NCBI RefSeq assembly: GCF_030013595.1
Contig: NZ_CP122768.1
Direction: 5' to 3' (one strand)
From: Escherichia coli
Lineage (GTDB): Bacteria > Pseudomonadota > Gammaproteobacteria > Enterobacterales > Enterobacteriaceae
Length of the DNA: 64,000 nt
In this document: positions 36,454 to 49,203 of the stretch, one piece after another
Numbering within the stretch: position 1 is the first letter of the stretch
How the letters are laid out: every line of letters begins with the position of its first letter
The notes under the pieces: generated by a model
Seen by the model: the letters and a program-made list of their open reading frames with translations, nothing else
Database searches by the model: none
Told to the model about the DNA's origin: nothing
Program-made: the position numbers and the translations under genes

Positions 36454-36675
36454 TTAGTGGTTATTCGCTGCCAGATCGGCTTCGCTTAGCTGGGTGGCCG
36501 CGAGCACCAGGTCACGATCAATGCCCTGTTCCAGCATGCGCAAGGCAATTTTAATGGCTTGTTCACGCATACCTTCCTGCAAACCTTCTAATTTACCCTC
36601 CTGCCAGCCTTCAAGCTTACCTTCCTGCCAGCCAATCTGATGCCCTTCCTGCCTCAGCCGTTCAGCAATAGTCAT
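36454..36675 (-). CDS. ypaA: Stand-alone Rpn C-terminal module (DUF4351-like small protein, 73 aa), a tandem duplicate of the rpnB 3' end
   Basis: [51 protein letters not shown]...; ATG at 36673-36675 preceded by AAGGAGAG that overlaps the rpnB stop codon. Confidence 0.75.
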   Translation of the reverse strand: MTIAERLRQEGHQIGWQEGKLEGWQEGKLEGLQEGMREQAIKIALRMLEQGIDRDLVLAATQLSEADLAANNH

Positions 36676-36930
36676 CAATCTCTCCTTTTAATGACAGTTC
36701 GGAATATCAGCATCAGTGAGTTGGGTTGTCGCCAGCACAATCTCACGTTCAAAGCCCTGCTCCAGCATGCGCAAGGCAATTTTAATGGCTTGTTCATGCA
36801 TGCCTTCCTGCAAACCTTCTAATTTCCCCTCCTGCCAACCTTCAATTTTACCTTCCTGCCAGCCTTCAATCTTACCTTCCTGCCAGCCAATTTGATGCCC
36901 TTCCTGCCGCAGCCGCTCAGCAATAGTCAT
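36454..36930. repeat. Tandem direct duplication (about 240 bp x2, roughly 85% identical) covering ypaA and the 3' end of rpnB; each copy contains 2-3 copies of a 24-nt coding repeat (WQEGK[IL]EG)
   Basis: aligned by eye: copy 1 36454-36690, copy 2 36691-36930; copy 2 carries one extra 24-nt unit. Confidence 0.8.
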
Positions 36931-37659
36931 CAATCTCTCCTTTTGTAGTGGTGAACGTTCGGCAATCTCCTGAATAAAACGGGTGAAACGGGAGGTATCG
37001 CCGCATTGCAGCAGATAATTAAACAGCGTTTGTAGCTGGCTGTCATTAGTGAAGCCTCTAACCAAAAGCGTGGTGATCCTGTCGACCATACCGATTAAAT
37101 CGCGGTCGCGAATATGCTTTTGAATCAGTTCAAGCAGAGCTATACGCCGATGTTGCATGATCTCATCGTCAGGTACGATGGTGATATCCACCAACGGAAA
37201 AGCTTCGGTGTACAACTGCCGGGCAAGTTGCGGATCGTCAAACTCATCCAGCCAGTTGAGTGAGTACGGGTAGGGCGAGGTTTCGCCATGATAAAACAGC
37301 AATGGCACCACCAGCGGAACTCTGTCATAGCCTTTATCCAGGTGACGCTGCATGGCGGCAGTGGCATAGCGCATTAGCCGAAAAGCCATATTCTTTTCTG
37401 CAGAGCTTTGATGTTCAATCACGCAGTAGATATAGCCTTCACTGTCGCTGGTTTCCACAGACCACAAAACATCCGAGTAGTAAGCGCGTAAACTTTTTTC
37501 AATAAAGCTGGTGGGTTCCAGGCGTAAAGTTTGCAGGTTGCAAAGCTTGCGCAGCGGCTCTGGTAGATGTATTTCCAGAAAATCCCGAGCGGTTTCGGGT
37601 GTGAACATAAAGGTTTTAAACACCGCATCATGCGGGGAGGAGGTTGTTGATTCGGTCAT
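36688..37659 (-). CDS. rpnB: Rpn-family recombination-promoting nuclease (PD-(D/E)xK, transposase_31-like)
   Basis: 323-aa ORF recognised as YfaD/RpnB. Confidence 0.85.
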   Translation of the reverse strand: MTESTTSSPHDAVFKTFMFTPETARDFLEIHLPEPLRKLCNLQTLRLEPTSFIEKSLRAYYSDVLWSVETSDSEGYIYCVIEHQSSAEKNMAFRLMRYATAAMQRHLDKGYDRVPLVVPLLFYHGETSPYPYSLNWLDEFDDPQLARQLYTEAFPLVDITIVPDDEIMQHRRIALLELIQKHIRDRDLIGMVDRITTLLVRGFTNDSQLQTLFNYLLQCGDTSRFTRFIQEIAERSPLQKERLMTIAERLRQEGHQIGWQEGKIEGWQEGKIEGWQEGKLEGLQEGMHEQAIKIALRMLEQGFEREIVLATTQLTDADIPNCH

Positions 37660-37851
37660 GGTTGTCCGTCACCTGATATTTATGATGACGCGACATTACG
37701 GTTATCCCAGGCCTTTGACATCTGCCAGTTTCAGCCTTTGCGAGACGTTTTCAGAGGAATTTTCACTGCGTTGCAACGCATACATTGGGCACGGAATCGT
37801 GTACGCAAAAATGCCCGGTAACAACATGCTTACCGGGCATCAGAAAGGAGT

Positions 37852-41916
<4,065 letters not shown>

Positions 41917-42188
41917 TGTTATCCCTCTGAAGTTCGTTTTTTACCATTTAGCCATAGTAAAAACATGAATTGTTTGATTTCGCGCATATTCGCTCATAAT
42001 TCGAAAGTGAAACGTGATTTCATGCGTCATTATGAACATTTAACCCATCGTATTTAATAATGTGTGCGGTAATTCACATTTAATTTATGAATGTTTTCTT
42101 AACATCGCGGCAACTCAAGAAACGGCAGGTTCTCCCACTGAATCAGGCTGTTAATCATAAATAAGACCACGGGCCACGGAGGCTATCA
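41917..42188. promoter_or_regulatory. Divergent glpACB / glpTQ control region
   Basis: 272-bp AT-rich spacer between divergent operons with ATGAACAT-like motifs (GlpR operator half-sites) and GTGA-n6-TTCA (CRP-like); by established knowledge this region is controlled by GlpR, CRP and FNR, but individual sites were not mapped. Confidence 0.5.
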
Positions 42189-43547
42189 ATGTTGAGTATT
42201 TTTAAACCAGCGCCACACAAAGCGCGCTTACCTGCCGCGGAGATCGATCCGACTTATCGTCGATTGCGCTGGCAAATTTTCCTGGGGATATTCTTTGGTT
42301 ATGCTGCTTACTATTTGGTTCGTAAGAACTTTGCCCTCGCTATGCCTTATCTGGTCGAGCAGGGCTTCTCACGCGGTGATTTAGGTTTTGCCCTTTCGGG
42401 GATCTCAATTGCTTATGGATTTTCGAAATTCATCATGGGCTCGGTGTCGGATCGCTCGAATCCGCGCGTTTTCCTGCCCGCAGGTTTGATTCTGGCGGCG
42501 GCAGTGATGTTGTTTATGGGCTTTGTGCCGTGGGCGACGTCGAGCATCGCGGTGATGTTTGTACTGTTGTTCCTCTGCGGTTGGTTCCAGGGGATGGGAT
42601 GGCCGCCGTGCGGTCGTACTATGGTGCACTGGTGGTCGCAGAAAGAACGTGGCGGCATTGTGTCAGTATGGAACTGTGCGCACAACGTCGGTGGTGGTAT
42701 TCCGCCGCTGCTGTTCCTGCTGGGGATGGCCTGGTTCAATGACTGGCACGCCGCGCTCTATATGCCCGCATTCTGCGCCATTCTGGTGGCACTGTTCGCC
42801 TTTGCGATGATGCGCGATACCCCGCAATCCTGTGGCCTGCCGCCGATCGAAGAGTACAAAAATGATTATCCGGACGACTATAACGAAAAAGCGGAACAGG
42901 AGCTGACTGCGAAGCAAATCTTCATGCAGTACGTGCTGCCGAACAAACTGCTGTGGTACATCGCTATCGCCAACGTGTTCGTTTATCTGCTGCGTTACGG
43001 CATCCTCGACTGGTCACCGACTTATCTGAAAGAGGTGAAACACTTCGCGCTGGATAAATCCTCCTGGGCCTACTTCTTCTATGAGTATGCGGGCATTCCG
43101 GGCACCCTGCTGTGCGGCTGGATGTCGGATAAAGTCTTCCGTGGCAACCGTGGGGCCACCGGCGTCTTCTTTATGACACTGGTAACCATCGCGACTATCG
43201 TTTACTGGATGAACCCGGCAGGTAACCCAACCGTAGATATGATTTGTATGATTGTTATCGGCTTCCTGATTTACGGCCCTGTGATGCTGATCGGTCTGCA
43301 TGCGCTGGAACTGGCACCGAAAAAAGCGGCAGGTACGGCAGCGGGCTTTACCGGGCTGTTTGGTTACCTGGGCGGTTCGGTGGCGGCGAGCGCGATTGTT
43401 GGCTACACCGTGGACTTCTTCGGCTGGGATGGCGGCTTTATGGTAATGATTGGCGGCAGCATTCTCGCGGTTATCTTGTTGATTGTTGTGATGATTGGCG
43501 AAAAACGTCGCCATCAGGAATTACTGCAAAAACGCAACGGAGGCTAA
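42189..43547 (+). CDS. glpT: Glycerol-3-phosphate:phosphate antiporter (MFS)
   Basis: 452-aa ORF recognised as GlpT. Confidence 0.95.
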   Translation: MLSIFKPAPHKARLPAAEIDPTYRRLRWQIFLGIFFGYAAYYLVRKNFALAMPYLVEQGFSRGDLGFALSGISIAYGFSKFIMGSVSDRSNPRVFLPAGLILAAAVMLFMGFVPWATSSIAVMFVLLFLCGWFQGMGWPPCGRTMVHWWSQKERGGIVSVWNCAHNVGGGIPPLLFLLGMAWFNDWHAALYMPAFCAILVALFAFAMMRDTPQSCGLPPIEEYKNDYPDDYNEKAEQELTAKQIFMQYVLPNKLLWYIAIANVFVYLLRYGILDWSPTYLKEVKHFALDKSSWAYFFYEYAGIPGTLLCGWMSDKVFRGNRGATGVFFMTLVTIATIVYWMNPAGNPTVDMICMIVIGFLIYGPVMLIGLHALELAPKKAAGTAAGFTGLFGYLGGSVAASAIVGYTVDFFGWDGGFMVMIGGSILAVILLIVVMIGEKRRHQELLQKRNGG

Positions 43548-43551
43548 TGGC

Positions 43552-44628
43552 ATGAAATTGACGCTAAAAAACCTTAGCATGGCGATCATGATGAGTGGAA
43601 TGATCATGGGAAGCAGTGCAATGGCGGCGGATAGCAACGAAAAAATAGTCATCGCCCATCGCGGTGCCAGTGGTTATTTGCCGGAGCATACGCTGCCAGC
43701 AAAAGCGATGGCGTATGCGCAGGGAGCGGATTATCTGGAACAAGATTTGGTGATGACCAAAGACGACCATCTGGTTGTCCTGCATGACCATTATCTCGAT
43801 CGTGTTACTGATGTTGCCGATCGTTTCCCGGCTCGGGCGCGCAAAGACGGTCGTTACTACGCGATAGATTTCACGCTCGATGAAATTAAGTCACTGAAAT
43901 TTACCGAAGGTTTCGATATTGAAAACGGTAAGAAAGTACAGACTTATCCGGGGCGTTTCCCGATGGGTAAGTCCGACTTCCGGGTGCACACCTTTGAAGA
44001 AGAGATTGAATTTGTTCAGGGGTTAAATCACTCTACCGGGAAAAATATCGGTATCTATCCAGAAATTAAAGCGCCGTGGTTCCATCATCAGGAAGGGAAG
44101 GATATTGCGGCAAAAACGCTGGAAGTGCTGAAGAAATATGGTTACACCGATAAGGACGACAAAGTTTATTTGCAATGTTTTGATGCCGATGAACTGAAGC
44201 GTATTAAGAATGAGCTGGAACCTAAAATGGGCATGGACCTCAATCTGGTACAGCTGATTGCCTATACCGACTGGAACGAAACTCAGCAGAAACAACCGGA
44301 CGGAAGCTGGGTTAATTACAACTACGACTGGATGTTTAAGCCGGGGGCCATGAAACAGGTGGCGGAATATGCTGATGGTATTGGTCCGGATTATCATATG
44401 TTGATTGAGGAGACATCGCAGCCAGGTAATATCAAACTCACTGGCATGGTGCAAGATGCTCAGCAGAATAAACTGGTAGTACATCCTTACACCGTGCGGT
44501 CAGATAAGCTGCCTGAATACACTACTGATGTGAATCAGTTATATGATGCTCTGTATAACAAAGCGGGTGTAAATGGGCTGTTTACTGATTTCCCTGATAA
44601 GGCAGTAAAATTCCTAAATAAAGAGTAA
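43552..44628 (+). CDS. glpQ: Periplasmic glycerophosphodiester phosphodiesterase
   Basis: 358-aa product from MKLTLKNLSMAIMMSG (signal peptide); ORF-track start at 43495. Confidence 0.93.
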   Translation: MKLTLKNLSMAIMMSGMIMGSSAMAADSNEKIVIAHRGASGYLPEHTLPAKAMAYAQGADYLEQDLVMTKDDHLVVLHDHYLDRVTDVADRFPARARKDGRYYAIDFTLDEIKSLKFTEGFDIENGKKVQTYPGRFPMGKSDFRVHTFEEEIEFVQGLNHSTGKNIGIYPEIKAPWFHHQEGKDIAAKTLEVLKKYGYTDKDDKVYLQCFDADELKRIKNELEPKMGMDLNLVQLIAYTDWNETQQKQPDGSWVNYNYDWMFKPGAMKQVAEYADGIGPDYHMLIEETSQPGNIKLTGMVQDAQQNKLVVHPYTVRSDKLPEYTTDVNQLYDALYNKAGVNGLFTDFPDKAVKFLNKE

Positions 44629-44634
44629 TGCTAC

Positions 44635-44662
44635 TGCAGGATGGCATTCATGCGCCATCCTG
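44635..44662. terminator. Bidirectional hairpin between convergent glpQ and the LysR gene (CAGGATGGC...GCCATCCTG)
   Basis: 9-bp perfect stem overlapping the end of the LysR ORF. Confidence 0.45.
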
Positions 44663-45547
44663 TCTCATATCAAATTTTCCACTCTCCACTAATTGTTCTG
44701 TGCACATTTGTAGTAAAAACAGTGGACTGCCTTCTACCGGCTTTTCTTTAGCCAGCAACGAAATCTGTCGATAGAAGGTTGGTTCGAGAGGAACGGAACA
44801 CAATTCATCTGCAATGGTTTTCAGCGTTAACTCTGGTAATAAGGCGATGCCTAATCCCTGTCGAATAAAACTGATCGCTGTATCCGGGTGATTAAATTCA
44901 TATTTTATCTGTGGGGTAATATTCTTTTCTTTAAATAGTGCCATAATGCTTAATTCATAGCGTCCTTTACTAATAATTAATGGTTCACCCATTAACTCTT
45001 CCACTGTAATAGTGCTGTTTTTTGCCAGAGCATGGTTGGGCGGTAACACTACGGTGAATTTATCCTGATAAATGGGCACGGAGTACATTCCGCTCACCGG
45101 AAAATGAACAAAACCGGCATCAATGGATTCATTCTGAAGGGAATCAATAATCGCTGTGCTATTTTCCTCAAAAGGAATAATTTTTATATTCGGATGATGA
45201 ATTTCAAAGTAGCGAATCACAGCCGGTAAGATACAGGCGCAGACGCTGGGGAAACAACCAAGTCTCAGCGTTCTTTGAGGGTTCTGCTTTTCCTGCTCGG
45301 CTATCTCTTTTACTGCGTTCACTTCCCGATTAATGGCGCGCAGATGATGCATAATGCGGTGACCTGCAGAGGTCAGTTGTATAGCTTTACGGCGATCGCG
45401 TAACAGTATATTCACGCCAAGTTCTTGTTCGAGGGCAGCAATTGCCTGACTTACCGCCGACTGCGTCATGAACAATCGCTTGCTGGCTTCAGTAAAGCCA
45501 CCGTAATCCAGTACGGCGAGTAAAGAATTTATTTGGGTAAGAGTCAT
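44648..45547 (-). CDS. LysR-family transcriptional regulator, apparently intact
   Basis: 299-aa ORF with N-terminal HTH (FTEASKRLFMTQSAVSQAIAALE); sits where I recall K-12 having the yfaH pseudogene. Confidence 0.75.
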   Translation of the reverse strand: MTLTQINSLLAVLDYGGFTEASKRLFMTQSAVSQAIAALEQELGVNILLRDRRKAIQLTSAGHRIMHHLRAINREVNAVKEIAEQEKQNPQRTLRLGCFPSVCACILPAVIRYFEIHHPNIKIIPFEENSTAIIDSLQNESIDAGFVHFPVSGMYSVPIYQDKFTVVLPPNHALAKNSTITVEELMGEPLIISKGRYELSIMALFKEKNITPQIKYEFNHPDTAISFIRQGLGIALLPELTLKTIADELCSVPLEPTFYRQISLLAKEKPVEGSPLFLLQMCTEQLVESGKFDMRQDGA

Positions 45548-45698
45548 TAGAGTTTGCTAATCAATAATATTAAAACGATTAATTTCTCTAATAGCATGCC
45601 GCCATTTATACTTCTGTTCTGCAAAGTACATCACAATTTGACGCAACCGCAGTAACGGGAGTGTTGTCTGCGAGCGTCATCCTGACAGGCGGTAGGGT

Positions 45699-46889
45699 AT
45701 GAAAGAGAAGTTATGGACGAAGGATTTTTGGGCAATAACCATCATCAGCTTTATTATTTTCTTCGTCTTTTATGTTTTACTAACATTGTTGCCAATTTAT
45801 ATCTCTGACCGCTTGCATGCCTCTCCTGATAAAGCCGGTTTATTGGTGACTTTATTTTTAATTGCCGCCATTGTTATTCGCCCATTTGCCGGGCAATGGG
45901 TGGGTAAATACTCGAATAAAACTATTCTGGTGCTCTCTTCTCTGGCCTTTTTATTGGTCACAGCGTTGTATCCTTTTTGCCACTCAATTGAATCACTGCT
46001 TTTTATTCGGGTGCTTCATGGTATTACCTTCGGGGTTATCACTACGGTAAAAGGAACGATTTCCGCGCGGCTGATCCCGGCCTCCCGACGTGGGGAGGGC
46101 ATCAGTTTTTTCTCTCTGGCAATGGGGCTGGCAATGGTGGTCGGGCCGTGGATTGGCCTGAATATGGCGCGCTGGGAGGCCTTTAATATGGCTTTCTGGT
46201 TATGCACCGGCGTGGCAGCGGTGGGGATTATTCTGTCGCTGATTATGACAGTGCCGCCGGTTATCAGCCATGCTGATGGTTCAACGCCGAAAATGGGCTT
46301 CGCCGCCATGTTCGATCGCGCGGCGTTGCCATTTGCGATGGTCACCTTTTTTATGACCTTTTCGTATGCCGGGGTTTCTGCTTTTCTGGCGCTTTATGCA
46401 CGCGAACTTAACCTGATGTCGGCAGCCAGTAATTTCCTGCTTTGCTACGCTATCTTCCTGATGATTTGCCGTACCTTTACCGGCAATGTCTGCGACAAAA
46501 AAGGACCGAAATATGTGGTTTACCCTTGCCTTGTGTTCTTTACGGTAGGACTGGTGGTTCTCGGCTACACCCAGGGAAGCATAATGATGGTTGTTTCTGG
46601 CGCATTGATTGGTATCGGGTATGGTTCCGTGACGCCAGTTTTTCAGACGCAGATTATCAGTTCAGTGGAACCGCATAAAATCGGTGTCGCAAACTCCCTC
46701 TTCTTCAATGCGATGGATGCAGGCCTGGCGCTGGGAGCCTGTGTGATGGGGATGATGGTTGCACATACTGGCTACCGAATGATTTATCTGCTGGGTGCAC
46801 TATTAGTGGTAGTGGCTGGTGGAGTCTATGCGCTGCAAATGAAGGGTAAAAGCGGTGTCGCGCTAGTAGTGGCAAAAGAAATTCATTAA
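45699..46889 (+). CDS. MFS transporter, divergent from the LysR regulator
   Basis: 396-aa ORF with multiple predicted transmembrane segments. Confidence 0.75.
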   Translation: MKEKLWTKDFWAITIISFIIFFVFYVLLTLLPIYISDRLHASPDKAGLLVTLFLIAAIVIRPFAGQWVGKYSNKTILVLSSLAFLLVTALYPFCHSIESLLFIRVLHGITFGVITTVKGTISARLIPASRRGEGISFFSLAMGLAMVVGPWIGLNMARWEAFNMAFWLCTGVAAVGIILSLIMTVPPVISHADGSTPKMGFAAMFDRAALPFAMVTFFMTFSYAGVSAFLALYARELNLMSAASNFLLCYAIFLMICRTFTGNVCDKKGPKYVVYPCLVFFTVGLVVLGYTQGSIMMVVSGALIGIGYGSVTPVFQTQIISSVEPHKIGVANSLFFNAMDAGLALGACVMGMMVAHTGYRMIYLLGALLVVVAGGVYALQMKGKSGVALVVAKEIH

Positions 46890-46969
46890 TACGACACGTT
46901 TCATTAAGATTTTTCGCAGGTAACCACCTATAGTCATTGTCGTAAATAAAAAATGACAGGCGATAGGGT

Positions 46970-47620
46970 ATGGCAGTTTCAGCAAAGCACGACGAATTTA
47001 ATCACTGGTGGGCAACAGAGGGCGACTGGGTTGAAGAGCCTAACTATCGCCGTAATGGTATGAGCGGGGTGCAATGCGTCGAGCGCAACGGCAAAAAGCT
47101 ATATGTAAAGCGCATGACGCATCATCTGTTTCATTCCGTACGTTATCCGTTCGGCCGACCAACGATTGTCCGTGAGGTTGCGGTAATTAAAGAACTGGAA
47201 CGGGCTGGTGTCATCGTGCCGAAGATTGTTTTTGGTGAAGCGGTGAAAATTGAGGGGGAATGGCGCGCGTTGCTGGTGACTGAAGATATGGCGGGGTTCA
47301 TCAGCATTGCTGACTGGTATGCCCGGCATGCAGTAACGCCCTATTCTGACGAAGTACGGCAAGCCATGTTGAAAGCAGTGGCGCTGGCGTTTAAGAAAAT
47401 GCATAGCGTTAATCGTCAGCATGGCTGTTGCTATGTTCGCCATATCTATGTGAAAACAGAAGGTAAGGCAGAAGCTGGATTTCTTGATCTGGAGAAAAGT
47501 CGTCGCCGCTTGCGTCGCGATAAAGCGATTAATCATGACTTCCGCCAGCTGGAAAAATATCTGGAGCCGATCCCCAAAGCGGACTGGGAGCAGGTGAAAG
47601 CGTATTACTACGCCATGTAA
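46970..47620 (+). CDS. inaA: Acid-inducible Kdo/WaaP-family kinase-like protein InaA
   Basis: 216-aa ORF recognised as InaA. Confidence 0.85.
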   Translation: MAVSAKHDEFNHWWATEGDWVEEPNYRRNGMSGVQCVERNGKKLYVKRMTHHLFHSVRYPFGRPTIVREVAVIKELERAGVIVPKIVFGEAVKIEGEWRALLVTEDMAGFISIADWYARHAVTPYSDEVRQAMLKAVALAFKKMHSVNRQHGCCYVRHIYVKTEGKAEAGFLDLEKSRRRLRRDKAINHDFRQLEKYLEPIPKADWEQVKAYYYAM

Positions 47621-47673
47621 TCGTTGTAGGCCAGATAATACGCGTAAGCGTCGTATCTGGCGCTAGTACCCGA

Positions 47674-47928
47674 TCACAACTCGATTTCAATATCGCCTTT
47701 TGCCCGGCAACAACAGGGCAAAATTTCCCCCGGCTGAATAAAGGCTAACGGTTCGGCAATCCAGTCCACCTGGCCTGCAACAAGGCGCGTGCGACAGGAA
47801 CCGCAGTAACCTTCGCGGCACTGGTACTCAACCGCCACATTGTGGGATTCCAGCGCCGCCAGAAGGGAAGGGTGTTCATCCTGGCACAGCAGTTGTGTGC
47901 CAGTGATGCGCAGGGTAACGCGAGCCAT
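47674..47928 (-). CDS. yfaE: 2Fe-2S ferredoxin involved in NrdB diferric-tyrosyl radical maintenance
   Basis: 84-aa ORF with CREGYCGSC...CC cysteine motif, immediately downstream of nrdB. Confidence 0.88.
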   Translation of the reverse strand: MARVTLRITGTQLLCQDEHPSLLAALESHNVAVEYQCREGYCGSCRTRLVAGQVDWIAEPLAFIQPGEILPCCCRAKGDIEIEL

Positions 47929-49058
47929 CAGAGCTGGAAGTTACTCAAATCGTCGGTGTCCACTTCCGAGTCAATCTGCCCGACCAGATAAGAACTGACT
48001 TCCACTTCCTGCGGAGCAACCTGCACGTTATCAGACACCAGCCAGGTATTGATCCACGGGATCGGGTTGGAGCGAGTCTGGAACGGCAGATCCAAACCGA
48101 CTGCCTGCATGCGGATATTGGTGATGTATTCAACGTACTGGCAGAGAATGTCTTTATTCAGACCAATCATCGAACCGTCACGGAACAGATAATCCGCCCA
48201 GTCTTTCTCTTGCTGTGCCGCCTGGACAAACAGGTCATAGCATTCCTGCTTACATTCTTCGGCAATTTCCGCCATCTCCGGATCATCCGCGCCGCTGCGC
48301 AGCAGATTCAGCATATGCTGAGTACCGGTCAGGTGCAGGGCTTCGTCGCGGGCAATCAGGCGAATAATTTTGGCGTTACCTTCCATCAGCTCACGTTCTG
48401 CAAAGGCAAAGGAACAAGCAAAGCTGACGTAGAAGCGGATCGCTTCCAGCGCGTTAACGCTCATCAGGCAGAGATACAGTTTTTTCTTCAGCTCGCGCAG
48501 GCTAACGGTTACGGTTTTACCGTTAACGGTGTGGGTACCTTCGCCCAGCAGATGCCAGTAGCTGGTCATTTCGATCAGCTCATCGTAATAGCTGGAGATC
48601 CCTTCCGCACGTTTCTGGATCTGCTCGTTGGTGACGATATCATCAAACACAACGGACGGATCGTTAACGATATTACGAATGATATGGGTATAAGAACGAG
48701 AGTGAATGGTTTCTGAGAACGCCCAGGTTTCGACCCAGGTTTCCAGTTCAGGGATCGAGATCAGCGGCAGCAGTGCCACGTTCGGGCTGCGACCCTGAAT
48801 GGAGTCCAGCAACGTCTGATATTTCAGGTTGCTGATAAAGATGTGTTTTTCGTGTTCAGGCAGTGCCTGGTAATCGATACGGTCACGAGAAACGTCAACT
48901 TCTTCCGGACGCCAGAAGAAAGAGAGCTGCTTTTCGATCAGCTTTTCGAAGATGTCATATTTTTGCTGATCGTAGCGAGCCACGTTGACCGGCTGACCAA
49001 AGAACATCGGTTCTTTGAGCTGATCATTTTTCGTCTGTGAAAAGGTGGTATATGCCAT
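47928..49058 (-). CDS. nrdB: Class Ia ribonucleotide reductase beta subunit
   Basis: 376-aa product from [20 protein letters not shown]-track start at 49109 extends into the REP cluster. Confidence 0.95.
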
Positions 49059-49080
49059 GAATGTGTCCTGTTGGGAGTTT

Positions 49081-49198
49081 AATGCCGGATAAGGCATTTT
49101 ACGCCGCATCCTGTGCCTGATGCGACGCTGGCGCGTCTTATCAGGCCTACAAACCGAGCCGTATGCCGGATAAGGCGTTCACGCCGCATCCGGCATCT
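49081..49198. repeat. BIME/REP cluster in nrdA-nrdB intergenic spacer
   Basis: gccggataaggc...gccgcatc / ctgatgcgacgctggcgcgtcttatcaggcctac / gccggataaggcgttcacgccgcatccggc, typical REP palindromes. Confidence 0.8.
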
Positions 49199-49203
49199 CA
49201 ATA

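Noticed and set aside
36478..36900. CRISPR-like array suggested by short regularly spaced repeats
   Set aside because: The repeats are in-frame 24-nt coding repeats (WQEGKxEG) inside rpnB and ypaA, with no unique spacers and no cas genes.
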